Shown piece by piece: positions 58,637 through 64,000 of a stretch of 64,000 nt of DNA. A program made the position numbers and the translations under genes. A model generated the notes under the pieces. The model was given only the letters and a program-made list of their open reading frames with translations, did no database searches and was not told the origin of the DNA. Within the stretch, counting starts at the first letter, position 1. Each line of letters starts with the position of its first letter. Source of the DNA: Blastocladiella emersonii ATCC 22665 (Eukaryota > Fungi > Blastocladiomycota); NCBI GenBank assembly GCA_025594325.1, contig JANHCV010000001.1:5078961-5142960 (forward strand), given 5' to 3'.

Positions 58637-60702
58637 CTAGGCCGTGGCCGCAATCAGTGCAGAAGCGGCGGCGCCGCCATCGTCGCAGCCACGCGAGGAG
58701 GCCGACGCGGGCGCGGACGCGGAGCCCGGACCAAAACCGCCGCGATGGCGCACGCGCAGCATGAGCCCGTCCTTGAACTGCAGCGTGAGCGCGGGCTGGT
58801 ACGTGACCGCGGCGGGGTCGACAACCTCAAAGTCGAAGCGGCGGACCAGCTCGACGAGGCACGCGACGCCCTGCAGCATCACCATCTGCTGGCCGAGGCA
58901 GGTCCGCGGACCGGCGTTGAACACGGGGTACTTGAACGGGCCCGGGTGCTTGTTCTTGCCGCCGTGCTCGTCGAGCCACCGCTCGGGCCGGTACTCGGCC
59001 GCGTCGTCGCCCCACAGCTCGGTGAGCCGGCCCATGACCCACGGGATCCACACGACGCCCTCGCCGGCGCGGATCCGCGTGCCGTCGGGCCACACGTCGT
59101 CGTACACCGCGAACTTGATCTCGGTCGGCACGCTACGTTCGGGGCGCGTTAGTCGGGGCGACGCGTGAGGGTCGCATCTGGGGGGAAGCGTGTACCTCGG
59201 GTGAAGGCGCAGGCCCTCGCTCAGCACCGCCTGGCCGTACTTGAGCTCCTTGGTGAGCGCGTGGTAGTCGGGCTCAGCGCCGTCGGGGCACACGCGGTCA
59301 ATCTCGGCGCGGAACGCAGCGAGCGCGCGCGGGTTGCAGATCAGCTCGAACATGGTCCAGGAGAGCGACTGTGCCGTGGTGTCGCGGCCCGCAATGACGC
59401 TGTTGAGCGGGTGTAAGGCGTGTCAGTCGGTGATGGTGGCACGGACGAGCGCACGACACGTACAAGTTGAGGATCATGTCGCGCAGCTCCGTGTCCGAGT
59501 ATGTGGTCGAGGATGGACACGCAGAATCAGACGTGGCGGAAAGAATCAAGCCAGCGTCGCCCTCGGCGGGCTTCCTGAGCGCCATGAACCGCGCGAGCAG
59601 GTCCTTGCGCGCGGCGCTGACCTCGGCGGGCTCGGCGTGGCGCGCCGCAATGATCTCGTGCGCGAGGCCGTGGATCGTGGCCGTGTACTGCTGCAGCCGC
59701 GCGCGGTCGCCGTTGAGCCACTCGGCGAGGGTCCACTGCAGCTCGCTCATGTTGAAGCGCTTGTTGAGGATCCGCTGGGCTACGATATGGTCGGGGCGGG
59801 CCGTGTCAGTACGTGCGATGGGGACGGGACCAAGAGAAGAAGGCGCACTCTCGTCAAACGCGATCGCAAACGGGACGGGCGTGCCGTCGGGCGCGTCGAG
59901 TGCCTGCAGGTCCTCGAGGCCGAAACCGATCGCCATGAACGAGTCGAGCGTGAAGCGGTACAGGTAATCGCTGAGGTCAACGGTCACCTCGGCGCCGTTC
60001 TCGCTCTGGTCAGCGGCCAGCGCGAGCTTAGCGACGACGGCGCGGCACCGCTCGCGGAACACGTCGAGGTAGTGGTCGCGAAAGGCGGCGACCGAGAAGA
60101 GGTGCGACGCGGCCTTGCGCTGCGCCTTCCAGTGCGGCCCGTCGGACGCAAAGATGCCATTGCCGAGCAGCGGCGCGTGGATGGCGTGGAACTTGGGGCC
60201 CTTGACGTAGTTCTGCGGTTTGTGGCGGAATGCGTGAGACATGAGCACCATACCACACACCAGAAACGAGGAAACGGACCTCAAAGTTGAGCTTGAGGAC
60301 GTGCTCGAGGTTGAGCGGCTCGCACGTCGTCACGTAGGTCGCGCCAAACGGCACGTAAACGTGCGAGTTGGGCCCGAGACCGGCGTCGAGGTACGCGCGC
60401 TGGCGCCGCCACGCACGGTGCAGGCGCTCGCCCTGGCGGCGCAGCAGGCCGCGCGCGTGGCCGAGGAGCAGGTGCGGCGGCGTCGTCGGCAGGTCGCGGC
60501 GCAGCTTGAGCCGGCGCTCGCGCAGGAGCAGGATCACGATGGCCGACGCGGCCGACGCGCCGAGCGTCGCGACCAGGCGGATCCAGGACGCCCACGACGA
60601 CCATTCAGAGATACCGCTGCCGACGCGGATCTGCAGCAGCGACCTGACCACGGCGTCGGCCGTCGCGGCAACTGCTGTTGCTGATACATGTAGCGTCTCC
60701 AT
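58637..60702 (-). CDS. Cytochrome P450 resembling fatty-acid hydroxylase types (CYP86/704/52-like), four introns
   Basis: NFE|NYVKG, GNGIFASDG..WK.QRK, AGRDTT, EGLRLHP (ExxR), PERW, FNAGPRTCLG (heme Cys). Confidence 0.95.
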
Positions 60703-61122
60703 GGCAAGTCTATCGTGTGTGTGTGTGGGAGAGAGAATTCGGTTCCGGCTCGGCACGCAAAGGTTAGCTGAGCCGGTCCTCCTTCACGAGCTCCGAACCG
60801 CGCGATCGGCGGCACAGCGTGCGCGTGTTGTTGGGGACGCGAGACACGGTGGCTCGGCGGCGTTCGCGGCGACGGCGAGCGGCCAAACGCTTTTCCGAGA
60901 CTCGGGCGGTCGGTCGCTCGCTCGGTCCCCACTCCCGAGAGATCCGAGCTCGCCTGCGCTCATGTATCGCTACTGGACTTGATGCAAACTCATGTACACA
61001 CTTGATGGGACGGGGTGAGACAGCCGTTGGGGTCGGGAGCTCACGGTCGTCAGAAACAAGAATGGGATTGAACCGATGCTAGGCTTTTATTGTTTGCGGT
61101 GGTGATGAAGATGAAGAAGAAA

Positions 61123-62857
61123 CTAGTAGCCGTAACCGTGGCCGTTGCCGTAGCCGTAGCCGCGGGCCGGCGCGGGCGCGGGCGTCGCGGCCGGTGGCAT
61201 CGAGTGCTCCGGGTACCCCGCGACGGCCGTGTTGGTCGGCACCGAGTGCGCCATGCCCGACGACGACGCCGAACCGGCCGAGCCGGCCGAGGCGCCCGCC
61301 GTCACCGTGACGGTCGCCGTAGCGGTCGCGGTCGCCGTCTCGGTCGCCGTGACGGTGGTCGCGCTGCACGTGCCCTGCTGCGGCGAGTTGCCGCTGCTGC
61401 CGCCGTAACCGTTGTTGTTCCCGTTGCCGTGCATCCCGCCAGCGTTGCCGCCAGCACCGCCGTTCGCGTTCCCGTTACCGTTAAAGGCAGGCGGGGCCGT
61501 CGGGGCGCACGTCGCGGCAACCGTTGCAGTCACCGTAGCGGTCGTCGTCGCGGTCGCGGTCGCCGTGGCGGTCGACACGACCGTCTTCTCCATGACGCGG
61601 GTGCTGAACTGCGTCTCGAACTTGGTCTGCACCTGGACCTGCGTCCGCGTCTGGAACTGCGTCTGGGTCTGGGTCTCGGTCATGGTGCGGAACTGCGTCT
61701 CGACGCGCGTCTCAAACTGGGTCTGCACGCGGGTCTGGAACTCGGTCTGCGTGTGCACGCGCGTCTGGAACTCGGTCTGCACGCGCGTGCGGAACTCGGT
61801 CTGGGTCTGGGTGTGCGTGAGCGTCTGGGTCTGGACCTGGGTCTGGACGCGCGTCTGCGTCTCGACGCGGGTCTCAAACAGCGTCTTGGTGCACGTCACC
61901 GTCACGGGCGCGGGCGGCGGCACGTGCGCCGTCACCGTCATGGTCACCGCGGGCGGCGGGGACGCGGTCGCCACGACCGTCTGCGTCACCACGCTCGGCG
62001 GCGCGTGGACGACCACCGTCGTCGTCACAGCGGGCAGTGGTGGCGCGACCACCGTCGAAGTGACGGCCGGGGGCGGCGCGTGGATCATGGACTGCGGCGG
62101 CGGGTGCACCATGGCGGGCGGCGGCGGCGGGGGCGGGTGCACCATGGGAGGCTGCTGGTGGCCGCCCATCATCTTGTTCTTGAGCTTCTTGAGCATGCCA
62201 AGCGTGCGCGGCGCGAGGCGGAGCGACATGGGCACCTCCACGTTGGCCGCGGCCGCGTCCGAGCCCGACTCGACGATCAGCACGTCGGCGCACGTCGTGG
62301 AATCGACTGGAGGGAGTTTGGTGAGCGAGGTTCTTTGAAAGATCAGCAGTGAGACGAAAGCAACGCGTACCATTGCCGCCAACGACGCGGAACTGCACCT
62401 CACAACGGCCGCGGGCGTCCTCGGGCACGGTAAAGATGAGGTCTGGATCGCGCACAACGAGAAGGACGCGTTAGCTCGTGTGAAGTGAGACGGAACGTAA
62501 GCGAGTGAGGGTAAGCGTACCGGATTGAGCAGCGGGAACAGTCTCGAGGGCGCGGAGCGTCGTGTCGCGCTCGCCGCACCGCAGCACCGCGTCGACGGCG
62601 AGTGAGGCATCGCTGGCGGCAGCGCCCTGGGCGGCCCAGACCAGCGCAGCCGGGTGGCCGGCGATCCACGTCGCCGTGGGTTCGCCGCGGGCCGTTGCGG
62701 CGCACGAGCCGAGAGCGGCGCGGTGGGCCGGGTAGCTGAGGGCCACGGACGCGGACATGGGCGCCGCGGCGGCGCGCGACGCGACGGACAGCGCGAGAAC
62801 GCCGGCCAGCGTCACGAAGCGGGCGCCAGTGGCAAGGAGAGCGAAGTCGGTGTGCAT
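61123..62857 (-). CDS. Secreted protein with a Cys-containing N-terminal domain, Pro-rich segment, alternating Thr-x repeat and G/N/Y-rich tail (two introns)
   Basis: Signal peptide MHTDFALL...AAA; spliced ...VPAAQS|DLIFTVPEDARGRCEVQFRVVGGN|VDSTTCADVLI joins ORFs 62471, 61874 and 61123 frames. Confidence 0.7.
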
Positions 62858-64000
62858 GGTGATAATGGTTGGTGGTGGGTGGTTTGAAGGGGGTCGGTCT
62901 TTGTACAACACACACGCGCGAGCGGTGTAGGGAATGGAATGGGATCGGGTCGGGTAGGTGCGGGCGAGGGGCAGGATCTAGCAGGCGGGAAACGAGACGC
63001 GCTGCTTCACAAAGTATCTACGGGTGCAGGACCAGCTGCGGCGACGGCGTGGTGGCGGTGGCGAGAGAGGAGAGAGGAGAAGGAGAGCAGCGCTCGAGCC
63101 AGTCGATGCCTTAACGGAAGCTGTACAAGGGTTGGTTGGTTGATGATGAACGAGAGAAGAAGGAGGTTGGCCGCGGGGGCCGGCGAGGGTTTTAATCAAC
63201 GTCGCGCGCGACACGGTCCAACAAAAGGGCAGGGAAGAACAGCAGCAAGGGACACGAGGGCACGGAGGCTCGGGTATGAGGGCCGCAGCAGCGGCGGCCG
63301 CTGCACCCCGCGCGCGCCACCGCCCCATTCATCATCGCCGCCGCCATCGCGATTCAGCCCAAACAAAACGGGGCCCCGACGCAACGGCAACATTGCTTGC
63401 GTTGACAACGAGGGGCGGAGGCGGTGATAGAGCTGCTGCGGAGTGAGGCTGGGACGATGGGCAAATTACCGCCGCCGCGGCTTGAGCGCGACCGGCCGGC
63501 CGTTGCAACGCTTCCTTTCCACCCGAACGAACGTGCGAGCGAGCGCGTGTGCGCCATTTCGTCACTCGCCCCCGACGTGAAAGTGCAAGCCAAGCAGTCG
63601 CAGCTTATACTTGAAGCGAGGTGAGCTTGCAACCGCAGCAGCGCGTCAGGGTCGAGTTGGGTTTCGCGCAAACGGAACGACACACGGCCGAGCGGTGATC
63701 CGAAGTCTGATCGCCACGCATTGCGCCACACGCGCACCGATCACATGATATCGAAACGCGTCTCTCACTCGTGTCTCTCGCGTGGTCGTGGGTATGTGGT
63801 TGTAGCTCGAACATGTTCGCGTCGCAAAGCGATCACTGGAATACGCTGGCGGCAGTGGACTTTTGGCGATCAGCGCTGCGCGGGCCACCTCGGAGCGTGG
63901 TCGCTAACTGTGAATCGTTGACGGGTTTGAGCGCGCGAGCGGCCCCGGTTAGGGTGCTTGATGAGTTGTAAAGTGCGCTCTAAGGAAAGCGCAGGATGCG

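Noticed and set aside
62860-64000. Coding or ncRNA content at the right end of the window
   Set aside because: Only short ORFs without codon bias or motifs; no tRNA or rRNA signature recognised; probably promoter or intergenic DNA.

Overview
Gene-dense, very GC-rich eukaryotic DNA with short spliceosomal introns (about 43-90 nt, GTAYG/GTGCG donors, CTAAC/CTGAC branch points). The gene set (AA11 LPMO, FTR1, fungal-type ADAM and LCCL proteins, plus a CCDC112-like centriolar protein) points to an early-diverging zoosporic fungus, possibly Blastocladiomycota (inference). About 27 protein-coding genes were reconstructed by hand, including QTRT2-like (partial), lipin/PAH1, POL1, HEL2/ZNF598, a MUS81-like gene, ADAM protease, FTR1, a multicopper oxidase, LCCL protein, PIN1, eRF3, ICP55, a PQ-loop protein, MCM4, oligopeptidase B, AA11 LPMO, LYRM5, two 7TM paralogs and a P450. 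Main points of interest: (1) a GPI-type, two-domain ceruloplasmin-like oxidase head-to-head with FTR1, in the position where fungi normally have Fet3; (2) a tandem pair of Dicer/RIG-I-like helicases ending in a dsRBD/DUF283-like domain with no RNase III; (3) an intact MULE (9-bp TSD, repeat-built TIRs) whose 7-exon ORF fuses a Ulp1 protease to the transposase N-terminus; (4) a MUS81 paralog with a degenerate active site; (5) paired E2F and MCB sites upstream of POL1. All calls come from manual motif recognition; no searches were run.
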